Shown piece by piece: positions 38,198 to 47,585 of a DNA stretch of 64,000 nt. The notes below the pieces were generated by a model. The model searched no databases and was not told the DNA's origin. It saw nothing but the letters and a program-made list of their open reading frames with translations. This stretch comes from Candidatus Aegiribacteria sp. Its GTDB lineage: Bacteria > Fermentibacterota > Fermentibacteria > Fermentibacterales > JCC-6. The translations under genes and the position numbers were made by a program. The stretch is taken from NCBI GenBank assembly GCA_021108005.1, contig JAIORS010000154.1:7643-71642 (forward strand). Reading direction: 5' to 3'. The number at the start of each line of letters is the position of its first letter. Positions within the stretch are counted from its first letter, which is position 1.

Positions 38198-41100
38198 TAT
38201 GATCCTCCATCAAGAGTATTGACCCAGGAATAACTTCCTGAGCCTCCGCCCGGTTCAGGCAAGGATTCAGCATACGATGCGGGATCCTGAAGAATTTCGG
38301 ACAGGGTTAAATCAGAAACATGGCTGCTTCTACAGAGGGCTGCATACATTAAATAGGGTTTCCCGCCCCTGGCAGCCATCCAGGCCAGTGCTTCCGGAGA
38401 TACCCTTCTGCCTTCAATAACGAACCATTCTGACCACCGCCTGGCCTCTTCAGGACTTTCTTCAAGCAGCATCAAGGCAAATCCCTCTACTGTCTCGGCT
38501 TCAGCTTCATCCTCAATATAGTCGGACAGGACAAGTCCCGCGGATATGGATGACATGATGCGTCCCCTTGAAGCCAGTTCAACCATAGAGTCAATAATAT
38601 CTCCGGCGTTCGCGTCTTCTGTAAGGCTAATTCTATTTGAGCTGTCCTGACTGATGAATTCAAAGAATATTGACAGGCCGCTGTCACGGGGATTAACTCT
38701 TGCTCCCGTCCTTGAATTATCAAGAATATCCTCGAGCGTACTCCGTGCGAGCGCAGCCAGTTCAACCGATTGAAGGTTATGTTGCACATCCATCCCGTCG
38801 AGAATACTCCAGGCTCCAATATAATCGGAGAACATCAGTGATACTTCAATCTTCATCCATGCAAATGGTATTGAACCCTCATCGGAGGTTGTCCATTCAA
38901 ATGACACTGAACTGTCATCAATAATGTTAAAAAGATTTCTGTACTCCATCTCCTGCCGGTATCCGAAAGTGTTCTCCGAACCTGTTGCCATGTTTAAAAT
39001 CGAATAGGACAGCTGCAGGAGTTCCCGATTGCCAAGTCTCTCGGCAGCTTCCATCGCTTCGGCAGCAAGAATCTCTAGAGTATCCGCGGCAGCAGCAGGT
39101 CCGTGAAGACCATCGATCAGCTTACCAACTATCATGGCTCTGGACGGCAATATCTCAGCCCAGTCGTCGGGAAGTGTTAGTCCAGGGCCATCTGTACACT
39201 GTCCGGCTCTCCGGCTGCCATGTAATGATAGGCGAGCCTGTGATATGCTGAAACGTAGTTCTTCAGAAGCTGCACGGCCTGATCACATTTGAATATGGAT
39301 GGATCTTCGATTCCGTTGAACTGATACTCGTTCATAAGCTGCCAGCCCCGAACTCCGTTGACGGCATCCACGACGGGATGATCTGTTATGCTGAATGCTA
39401 TACCTTCCATTTCCTGGTAATGCTCAAGAAATCTCCGGCTTTCGGGGGCAACCGTGCCAGCGAAGTAAATTTCGCGACCATGAACAGGCCTGTTCTTGAT
39501 CATGTTCAAAAGAACGAGATCCTGCATTGCAAGCGCGCCCTGATTGGATAAACCCTCTGTGGGCATAGCCATGGCCATAGAGCTGCTGGTTATTGCCCAG
39601 GGCCACACCTGGTTAAATGTTACCCGGAGAATCGCCCCGTCAATTGGTGATGATTCAGCCTGTCCGTTTTCATTCAAATGGAAATAGTGCGGACCCCATA
39701 TGTAAACAGGATGCAGCGAATCAACAAGTCCATAGTCATCGTAATCAAGAAGGAGAGAATCCTTTTCTACAAGCTGCTGCACGTACCAGTTCGTGTTCAT
39801 CAGGCTAAGGTTGCTTACAATGACATCTCTGCGTACTCCCAGAACTCCCTGCGCGAACCACAGGGGGAATGTGTCGTTGTCACCGTTGGTAATAAGAACA
39901 GCGTTCTGAGGACAGCTTTCCAGAAGATTTATACCGTAATCCCGCGGTCGCACCTGTATGAGTTCACACCAATTGATAAAGCGGGTATCAGCAATGTTAC
40001 CCAGGCCAGTCTCGATTTGTTCGTAAGGAAATCTTTGAAAACGGAAACCAGCCCTATTCCCGAGAATATAGCAAAAAGGGCGAAGGAAGCTCCAAAGAAA
40101 TAGTCCCTCTCCCTTACTTCTCCTAAAAGCGTAGCCTCTGTACCGGTTTTAAAATTGAGAATGAAGAAAATGAAGAGGATTGATGACATCAGAAATAGTA
40201 AACCCAGATATAGAAGCAGTTTAGGTCTATTCAAGCCCAGAACCACCAGTCCGTAAATCGCTCCGAAAATCAATAATATCCTTACGACCATGGATGCGGC
40301 TGAACCAGCCGTATCACCCAGATAACGATCCCATCCGTCATTCACCCTTCCGGACTGCCAGGATAGATATTTCATATAAAGCTTCATCTGATCGATGAAC
40401 GGACCCTTCCGCTCAAGGATCGATGTTCTGCCGTACTGCTCTCGAGTGAAAGCCTTCTCAAAATCGGTCCAGTGGGAACTGTCACGTTCGTTTATTTCCG
40501 GATTCTGCACAGCGCGAAGGGGCATATAAAGATGAATACTGAAAGCCAGAACTACCAGGCCGACTATTGTAAGAACGAACCAGGATCGTTTCCATATATC
40601 CGTCTTCTTCCTGAAGGCGTAAATAAGGAACATCAAAAGTATAGGGGGGCCGGTAACGAACGGTACGCTGCCATGGTTTCCGACAGCAAGGATTATCAGA
40701 TAGGAAATTAGAAGCAGATACCTCGCTTCTCCCCAGCCGCCATGATCCTTTTTTCCCTTTTCATGCTTTTTCTCTGCGTATTTCTCTATCCAGCAGTCGA
40801 ATGACCACATTATGATAAATGTCAGCAGTAACGCCGTGGCGTAGGTTTCGGTGGCATTGCTGTTACGCCAGATGGTGTAGCTGAAAGCGGCAATAAATCC
40901 GGAAAGAACAGCCATTGGCCTGTACCAGTCCGGCGCGAAATCCATTCTGTTTCCCCATCGCTGAACGAGGCGGACAAGAAGGCCGATGGTGGCTGCTCCG
41001 GCCAATGCGCACAAAGTATTAACCCTTGCCGCCACTGCCGGGATAAAGGAAAACACGATAGTACTAAATCTTCCAAGGAGAACAAACAGGGGAACACCGG

Positions 41101-41272
41101 GCGGGTGTGGAACACCCGCAGTCCATGAACAGGTCACGTATTCTCCGCTGTCCCAGAAACTTACACTGGGAGCGAGAGTTAACAGGTATGCTAAAAGGGC
41201 AATCAGTCCTACTATTAAGGCAATTGACCTGTCAATTCTGATTCTTCTTATTTCTTCAATACTATTAGTCAA
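38197..41272 (-). pseudogene. DUF2723 (TMEM260-like) GT-C membrane protein split by two frameshifts into three ORFs (39929-41272, 39177-39953, 38197-39150)
   Basis: WDSGEY, GVPHPPG, ATETYA in the first part; GDNDTFPLW, NLSLMNTNWY in the second; the third frame stays open upstream across the second ORF's stop; TTG start overlaps the xerC stop. Confidence 0.75.
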
Positions 41273-42180
41273 TCTTCCCCCCTGGGATGTGCTTTCCTGT
41301 ATGCCTTCCTCAATCGTTCCATTGTCAGGTGCGTGTAAACCTGGGTTGTAGAAAGAGTAGCGTGTCCCAGCATATCCTGAACCGCTCTCAGGTCGGCTCC
41401 ATTATCAAGCAGATGGGTTGCAAAGCTGTGCCGGAAAGTGTGAGGCGTTGCTCCCGCTGCCCGGGCAGCTTTTTTCACTCCGCATGCAACAATACGCTGG
41501 ATATCTCTGGGGTCAAGCTTTCTTCCATGGATGCTGATAAATACGGTTCCCGGATCAGCGGTAGAATCCACTGCAAGCTCACTCCTGCTGTCAATCCATA
41601 ATTTCAGTGATCTGCAGGTTAATTCTGGAAGAGGTACTATTCTTTCTCTCTTTCCCTTACCCATGATTTTTATCTCTCTTGCCTGCAGGTTCAGTCCGGA
41701 AAGAAGTACCGAAACGGATTCTGAAGCTCTTAAACCTGCTCCGTAAAGAAGATCAACTACAGCTCGGTTGCGTCTGCCAAGAACCGATGATACATCGAAA
41801 CTGTCGATTACCTGCTGCACCTCCCGGACGCTGAGAAACCCGGGTAATCTGGTTGCTGTTTTAGGCATTGCAATCAGTTTTGCCGGATTCGAGGGTAATC
41901 TTTCAGTTTCAAGCATCCAGTTCCCGAAGGTCCGCAAAGATGAAACCTCCCTTGCCAGAGATTTCGGATCAAGTTCTCTTGACGCTTCGTGTCGAAGAAA
42001 TCCCCTCAACCCGTTCAGTGTAAAGCCATCAAGAATACTCTCGGATTTCTGCCAGTTATTGAATCTGTAGAGATCGGCTCTGTATGCCTTTATTGTGTTC
42101 TCGGAAAATCTCCGGCCAAAAAGCAGATCCCTGCAGAAATTTTCTATCAGTTCACAATTTTCTTTCTGCAACTGGGGCAC
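41269..42180 (-). CDS. xerC: Tyrosine recombinase XerC
   Basis: LYGAGLRASE, GKGKRER, TPHTFRHSFATHLL, LGHATLSTTQVYT; topA-xerC-hslVU context. Confidence 0.93.
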   Translation of the reverse strand: MPQLQKENCELIENFCRDLLFGRRFSENTIKAYRADLYRFNNWQKSESILDGFTLNGLRGFLRHEASRELDPKSLAREVSSLRTFGNWMLETERLPSNPAKLIAMPKTATRLPGFLSVREVQQVIDSFDVSSVLGRRNRAVVDLLYGAGLRASESVSVLLSGLNLQAREIKIMGKGKRERIVPLPELTCRSLKLWIDSRSELAVDSTADPGTVFISIHGRKLDPRDIQRIVACGVKKAARAAGATPHTFRHSFATHLLDNGADLRAVQDMLGHATLSTTQVYTHLTMERLRKAYRKAHPRGED

Positions 42181-44351
42181 CAGATACCTTTCTTTTTTTC
42201 GACCAGTATTGGAAAGCCACACCTGGGACAGGTTCTATCGACCGGCCTGTTCCATACTGCGTATTTGCATTCAGGGAACCTGTTGCAGGCATAAAAAAGC
42301 CTTCCCTTTCCGGATTTCTTCTCGACCAGTTCTCCACTGCACGTTTCCTCGGGACACATCACACCAGTTGGCACAGGTTCTGTATGTTTGCATTCAGGAT
42401 GGTTCTTGCAGCTTAGATATCTTCCAAACCTGCCATTTTTAAGTAACAGGTTACCGCCACATATCGGGCACTTCCTGCCTGAGAATTCTGTTGAATTCTC
42501 TTTTTCAAGAGGGCTTGAGTACCTGCACTTGGGAAAATCGGTGCAGGCTTTGAATTTTCCATATCTTCCCCACCGAATGACAAGAGGAGAACCGCATTCA
42601 GGACATGTCTCCCCCGTATCCTGCTGCAGTTCATTCCTGTACTGATCGGTACTTTGCAGCGCCTTTTTCAGAGAGGATTCAAGTGGAAGGTTCAACTGTT
42701 CCAGAACATTCATATAGGATTCAGTGCCATTTGCAACCGAATCGAGGAGGTCTTCCATTTTTGCCGTAAAATCAACCTTGAAGATATGTGGAAACATTTT
42801 TGTAAGTATTCGCACAGTGGTTGTTCCGAGTTCTGTGGGCCTGAGGGTCTTTCCGTCCTTCTCTACATACTTTCTGTTTTTTAGTGTCTTTATTGTACTA
42901 ACGTATGTAGAAGGTCTTCCAATACCTGCTTTTTTCATTTCAGCTACAAGCCTCGCCTCGGAGAATCTGGGAGGCGGTGCTGTGAACTTCTGTTCTTTGC
43001 TGAATGATTGCAGGGAAACATTACCCCTCTTCACTTCGGGAAGCCTGTTCTTTGTTTTAATGAATGCAGGATCGATTATCGAAAAACCCTGTTCAAGCAG
43101 TATTTCCCCGGTAGATTTGAATTCAAGGCCTGCTCCCGATACGCTTACAGTCGTATTCATTATTTCAGCATCTATAAGCTGAGTAGCCGCGAAGCGATTC
43201 CAGATGAGTCTGTAAAGGGAAAGCTCAGGTGTACTGAGAACAGATGTGAGTTCATCCGGTGTAAGCCGAATGTCGACAGGCCTGATGGCTTCATGGGCAT
43301 CCTGTGAGCCCTTTGAACCTCTGTACCTTCTGGTTTTAGGGTACAGCAAACCCGAACCGTATCGTTCAGTCAGATATTTCCTGCAATCCTTCAGACTATC
43401 CGGACTCATTCTTACGGAATCCGTACGCATGTAAGTAATAAGCCCTTTTCTGGTGCTTTTACCGAAGGATATGCCTTCGTACAATTTCTGGGCAATTGAC
43501 ATTGTTCTTGAAGGAGAGAACGACAATCTGTTGGAGGCTGTCTGCTGAAGTGTGCTTGTAATGAAGGGAGGAGGAGGATTTACAGCCTTCTTTCTGGAAT
43601 CTACTTTCGAGATTTCCCAAATGATATCTGGTTCATTAATTCTTTCAATGATATTCTCCGCTTCTTCTTCGCATTCCGGAAACTTTCCCGGTTTTCCCGA
43701 TGTTTTTCCATCAATTTTATGAAGATTCGCGGTAAATGAATTCTTTCCCTGAGTAAAACGTGCGTCAATCAGCCAGTATTCAACAGGCAGAAAACTGCCG
43801 ATGGTATCCTCGCGCTCCTGAATCATCCTGAGAGCTACAGATTGCACTCTTCCAGCGCTTTTGCCCTTCCCCATTATCTTTTGGAGCCACGAAGATATTT
43901 TGTAGCCCACAAGCCGATCCATAACCCTTCTTGCCTGCTGAGCGTCAACAAGCTGCATATCAATTGAACTGGGGTTTTTAATAGATTTAAGAACTGTGTC
44001 TTTCGTGATCGCGTTGAATCTCAGCCTGCTGAATACGACACCCTCTCGTTCCAGTATCTGCGAAAGGTGCCAGCATATTGCCTCTCCCTCTCTGTCAGGA
44101 TCGGCTGCAAGATAGATTCTGGAGACCTCGCTGGCTTTCTTTTTAAGCATGGTTACAACTTTCCTTTTATCCGGAAGTATTGTATAGGAAGGTTTAAAAC
44201 CTTTGCTTTCGTCAACTCCAAGGTAGTTCCTTGGAAGATCTCTTACGTGACCGTACGAAGCGATCACCTCGTAACTGTCACCAAGATAGCTGCGAAGACT
44301 GCTGGCCTTCGCAGGTGATTCGATAATTACAAGGCTTTTTTTCTTACTCAT
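42147..44351 (-). CDS. topA: DNA topoisomerase I (type IA) with C-terminal Zn ribbons
   Basis: IIESPAKA, DPDREGE, SAGRVQS, LITYMRTDS, GIGRPST, several CxxC ribbons; ATG 44351. Confidence 0.97.
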   Translation of the reverse strand: MSKKKSLVIIESPAKASSLRSYLGDSYEVIASYGHVRDLPRNYLGVDESKGFKPSYTILPDKRKVVTMLKKKASEVSRIYLAADPDREGEAICWHLSQILEREGVVFSRLRFNAITKDTVLKSIKNPSSIDMQLVDAQQARRVMDRLVGYKISSWLQKIMGKGKSAGRVQSVALRMIQEREDTIGSFLPVEYWLIDARFTQGKNSFTANLHKIDGKTSGKPGKFPECEEEAENIIERINEPDIIWEISKVDSRKKAVNPPPPFITSTLQQTASNRLSFSPSRTMSIAQKLYEGISFGKSTRKGLITYMRTDSVRMSPDSLKDCRKYLTERYGSGLLYPKTRRYRGSKGSQDAHEAIRPVDIRLTPDELTSVLSTPELSLYRLIWNRFAATQLIDAEIMNTTVSVSGAGLEFKSTGEILLEQGFSIIDPAFIKTKNRLPEVKRGNVSLQSFSKEQKFTAPPPRFSEARLVAEMKKAGIGRPSTYVSTIKTLKNRKYVEKDGKTLRPTELGTTTVRILTKMFPHIFKVDFTAKMEDLLDSVANGTESYMNVLEQLNLPLESSLKKALQSTDQYRNELQQDTGETCPECGSPLVIRWGRYGKFKACTDFPKCRYSSPLEKENSTEFSGRKCPICGGNLLLKNGRFGRYLSCKNHPECKHTEPVPTGVMCPEETCSGELVEKKSGKGRLFYACNRFPECKYAVWNRPVDRTCPRCGFPILVEKKKGIWCPSCRKKIVN

Positions 44352-44419
44352 ATATCCTTCATGATTATAAACTCTAATATGTGATATTGTTTTGGAGAAT
44401 GTTCTCAAAAAGTGATTGA

Positions 44420-45937
44420 TCAGTTCAAATCTGTCATCCAGTCGAAGATCCTGCCGGTGACCAACTCCGCTGTTTCAGGTATTATTGCCTGTTTCCTCTG
44501 AAGGAAATATGGGCTGCTGGATCCTGAAAGGATACTGAAACTGTCAGCGGTAAACGAGAATATATTAGTTTCGTAATACTGGTTTTCTCTGTAATACAGA
44601 ACCATCTGGTCAACCATTGTCGAATCGAGAAGCATTCCCAGTTTTCCTATCAGTGCCGTTCTTTTTTCAGCAGGTTCAGGATGCAGTATTGACATAATAA
44701 GAATGTCAAAACCGTCATCAGTACTGACTAACGAAAAAGCATCGAACTTTATTGAATAAATCGCCGCAAGCTTACCCATGGGTTCGACCAGTAATTGTAA
44801 GGAATCGATCTGTATTTCTATGTTCGAAACGGGTGATGAAGTCAGCATCAAGGGAAGAGAATACTCTTCCGGCGTTCCGAGGGAATCGGGTATTGAAATG
44901 TCTCTCAGTGATATGTATCCGTTAACAATCAGGGAATCTGTAAGCAGAGAATCCTCAGAGGTGATGGTTGTATCCACAGAAAGAGTTGTGTCAGCAACTG
45001 CCACCGAATCCGATAGAACCGTGTCAGGCTCATGAATAACTGCGGTATCGGCATATACGGTTTCGATTTCATCAATGCTGTTATTTGATGAAACGAAAAG
45101 ATTCAATGGATCGATAATAGTGAAGGCTGCAATAACAAGAACCAGTGCGATAATGACAATAAGTAAAGGAGAGATTTTTGAAAATAGCCCGGGTTTTGTT
45201 GTTCTTGCTTTTGTTTTTGGAGATACTTTTTTCGTCTCGGTGTGCTTGACCTTCTTTTTCTGTTCTGTGGGATGAGGCGCTGAGTCAAGCGGCTTGTCAA
45301 CTACCCTTCCCTCAGAAGCGCATTTCTCGCATACGTGATATTTCCTGTTGAAACAATCTGAACAAGTAAGTTCTTCGCAAGTTCGACATGGAACAAGCTT
45401 CTGTCCGTTTGTCGGTGTTCTTCCACATATGTGGCATCTTTCGACTGACAGCATCTCTTCGGCAGCGGATGTAATTATAAGTGAATCATCATCGTCATCG
45501 TTGAAGTGCTTACGAGGATAATCATCATCTTTTACAGAACTCTGATCATGGTATATTTCACCAGAATCCTCGGTGTCAGGATGCAATTCATCTTCTTTAT
45601 CCTCAACTACGGGAATATTATCGGTAATCAACTCGTAGGATGATTCTTCAGATCCGCTTTCTTGAACATCCGGGTTGACAGCATTATCGCCGTATTGTCT
45701 TGGGAGCAGGTCTACGAATGGATACATCCTGTCCTGGAGTATTCTGGCCTGCTCCATCTCAACGCCTTCGCTGAGAATGCTTGGAGAATTCTCAACATTA
45801 TCCCTGGCTTCTTCGATGGACATTCCAAGTTCGCTTATAAGCAGTTCTTCTACCTTTTTCTTCTCTTCTTCCCTGCTTAATCTTACAAGAAGGAGATCGA
45901 CCAGCCTGCTCTGATTCAATTCAGCCTCGCTTTTCAT
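44420..45937 (-). CDS. Bitopic membrane protein: L7/L12-CTD-like domain + acidic linker + Cys8 Zn finger + TM + periplasmic domain
   Basis: 'LGMSIEEARDNVENSPSILSEGVEMEQA' resembles the L7/L12 C-terminal domain; CHIC...CRTC...CSDC...CEKC; TM 'LLIVIIALVLVIAAFTII'. Confidence 0.7.
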   Translation of the reverse strand: MKSEAELNQSRLVDLLLVRLSREEEKKKVEELLISELGMSIEEARDNVENSPSILSEGVEMEQARILQDRMYPFVDLLPRQYGDNAVNPDVQESGSEESSYELITDNIPVVEDKEDELHPDTEDSGEIYHDQSSVKDDDYPRKHFNDDDDDSLIITSAAEEMLSVERCHICGRTPTNGQKLVPCRTCEELTCSDCFNRKYHVCEKCASEGRVVDKPLDSAPHPTEQKKKVKHTETKKVSPKTKARTTKPGLFSKISPLLIVIIALVLVIAAFTIIDPLNLFVSSNNSIDEIETVYADTAVIHEPDTVLSDSVAVADTTLSVDTTITSEDSLLTDSLIVNGYISLRDISIPDSLGTPEEYSLPLMLTSSPVSNIEIQIDSLQLLVEPMGKLAAIYSIKFDAFSLVSTDDGFDILIMSILHPEPAEKRTALIGKLGMLLDSTMVDQMVLYYRENQYYETNIFSFTADSFSILSGSSSPYFLQRKQAIIPETAELVTGRIFDWMTDLN

Positions 45938-46529
45938 TAAGTGCAAGAGAGAATTGTCTATGCAATCTGTGCATTACAATTCGGCTGGCTTTTCTCAGAG
46001 TTTCAAAAACACCTGTACCTTCGGTAGCGACTGATTCAATACATGGGACCCTATCAAGACCAAGACGTTTCTGTATCACAGCCGTTGGAAAAATATCCGG
46101 AAGGTCTCTTTTGTTGGTTTGGAGTACAAGGCTGAACCCTTTTCGTTTCGTATTCCTCAGGTTATCCTTCAGATCGCGCAGGCTTGCTATGTTAGCGTCC
46201 ATTCTGGCTCTCTGTGAATCGGCAACGAAAATGATGCCGTCAACGCCCTGAAGAATCAACTGACGGCTGTCAGTATACATTGCCTGTCCTGGAACACTGT
46301 AGAGGTGAAGCCTTACCTTGAAGCCGTAGATCGTACCTGTATTAATTGGAAGGAAATCGAAAAAGAGTGTACGTTCGTTACCTGTTGCGAGAGAAATGAG
46401 CTTTCCCCTGTCACTGGAAGGTATCTGGCTGTGAATATATTTGACGTTGGTTGTCTTCCCGGAAAGCCCAGGACCGGCATATACAAGTTTGCAATCGATT
46501 TCTCTTGAACTGTAGCTAACTGTCGCCAT
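45921..46529 (-). CDS. mglA: MglA-family small GTPase (paralog 2)
   Basis: SYSSREIDCKLVYAGPGLSGKTTN, ERTLFFDF, YSVPGQ, IFVADSQ, NKRDLP, ATEGTGVFET. Confidence 0.9.
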   Translation of the reverse strand: MATVSYSSREIDCKLVYAGPGLSGKTTNVKYIHSQIPSSDRGKLISLATGNERTLFFDFLPINTGTIYGFKVRLHLYSVPGQAMYTDSRQLILQGVDGIIFVADSQRARMDANIASLRDLKDNLRNTKRKGFSLVLQTNKRDLPDIFPTAVIQKRLGLDRVPCIESVATEGTGVFETLRKASRIVMHRLHRQFSLALNEKRG

Positions 46530-46722
46530 TCGTATTTTCCCCGTTTCCTGAATCTTCTTCGTCGTTATCCATGTCTGATATATCTTCTTTCATTCCTTTT
46601 CTGAACATATGCAGCGCCTGCCCCACTGACCTGGCGAGGTCCGGAATTCTTTTAGCTCCGAAAAGGAGTAGAAGAACAACAACAATCAGTATAATTTCAC
46701 CAGTGCCCGGACGAAACATCAT
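46516..46722 (-). CDS. tatA: Twin-arginine translocase TatA/E subunit
   Basis: GTGEIILIVVVLLLLFGAKRIPDLARSVG..FRKG. Confidence 0.92.
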   Translation of the reverse strand: MMFRPGTGEIILIVVVLLLLFGAKRIPDLARSVGQALHMFRKGMKEDISDMDNDEEDSGNGENTNGDS

Positions 46723-46748
46723 AATATCTCCTGCCTGCAGATCCTGTA

Positions 46749-47021
46749 TCAGAACCAACGGTAAAGATAACCTACAAACATCAGTCCCGCAAAACTCATG
46801 AGATTCAGCTTGAAAGCAATCTCTTCAAGGGCGAACCTGAACACGATCAAATCAAATCCTATAGGACCCACTGAAAATTCAAGGGATCCGGCAAAAAACG
46901 ACTTGAGAGCCATAGAAGATTCAGGAACTATTAATGCTATCGCTTCGCCAAACACGGTTCCTGTCATCATTCCGAGGAATGAGATGGTAATCCAGAATCC
47001 GGTCGAGCGAGAGTGAAGCAA
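46749..47021 (-). CDS. Small membrane protein (DUF4321-like)
   Basis: TM-GxxxG...'SVGPIGFDLIVFRF...NLMSFAG' pattern; TTG start with GGAGG. Confidence 0.7.
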   Translation of the reverse strand: MLHSRSTGFWITISFLGMMTGTVFGEAIALIVPESSMALKSFFAGSLEFSVGPIGFDLIVFRFALEEIAFKLNLMSFAGLMFVGYLYRWF

Positions 47022-47042
47022 AATTCCTCCAGTAATTGTAAT

Positions 47043-47585
47043 CTATTCTGGCATACATGCCGAATCAACCCCCGGATTGTAGATCCAGGGAAAACCTCTC
47101 CTTAATAATACAGTAGCAACAATACCTGTTATAGTTCCAGAAAGGAAACCCCATATTGTAAGGGGCAATACAAGGTTCTCCGTAGGAAGTCCGGGAAGCA
47201 GCGCGGATGCTGTAAGCAGCTGTATTGAAAGACTGGAAAGACTGCCTGAAACGGACATCCCGGTAACCGAAAAACACTTCTTCGTACAACCCATTACCAC
47301 AGCTGAGGCAATCCCCCCTGAAACGGAAAGAAGATATGTCGGAGTTGCGAGTGTTCCTATAAACAGAGCCGCGCCGGTGGATCTCAGTATATTCACCCTC
47401 AGACCTGTCCAGAAGCCGTATTTCGCTATTGCCGCAACCGTTATTACATTAGCCAGACCCAGTTTGATGAAAGGCAAAGGTCTGGGAATGAGATTCTCTA
47501 TAACACCGGCACCGATTGCCAGTATTACTAGAAGTACTTCAATTCTTACGCAGTCTCCACGATATTTCTCAGTTGATTTCTGCAT
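47043..47585 (-). CDS. Gx transporter / heptaprenyl diphosphate synthase component I-like membrane protein
   Basis: ENLIPRPLPFIKLGLANVIT, SVSGGIAS, SVSG motifs. Confidence 0.82.
   Translation of the reverse strand: MQKSTEKYRGDCVRIEVLLVILAIGAGVIENLIPRPLPFIKLGLANVITVAAIAKYGFWTGLRVNILRSTGAALFIGTLATPTYLLSVSGGIASAVVMGCTKKCFSVTGMSVSGSLSSLSIQLLTASALLPGLPTENLVLPLTIWGFLSGTITGIVATVLLRRGFPWIYNPGVDSACMPE

Noticed and set aside
41269-42180. Tyrosine recombinase as a mobile-element integrase
   Set aside because: The topA-xerC-hslVU context and motifs indicate housekeeping XerC; no att sites or cargo are seen
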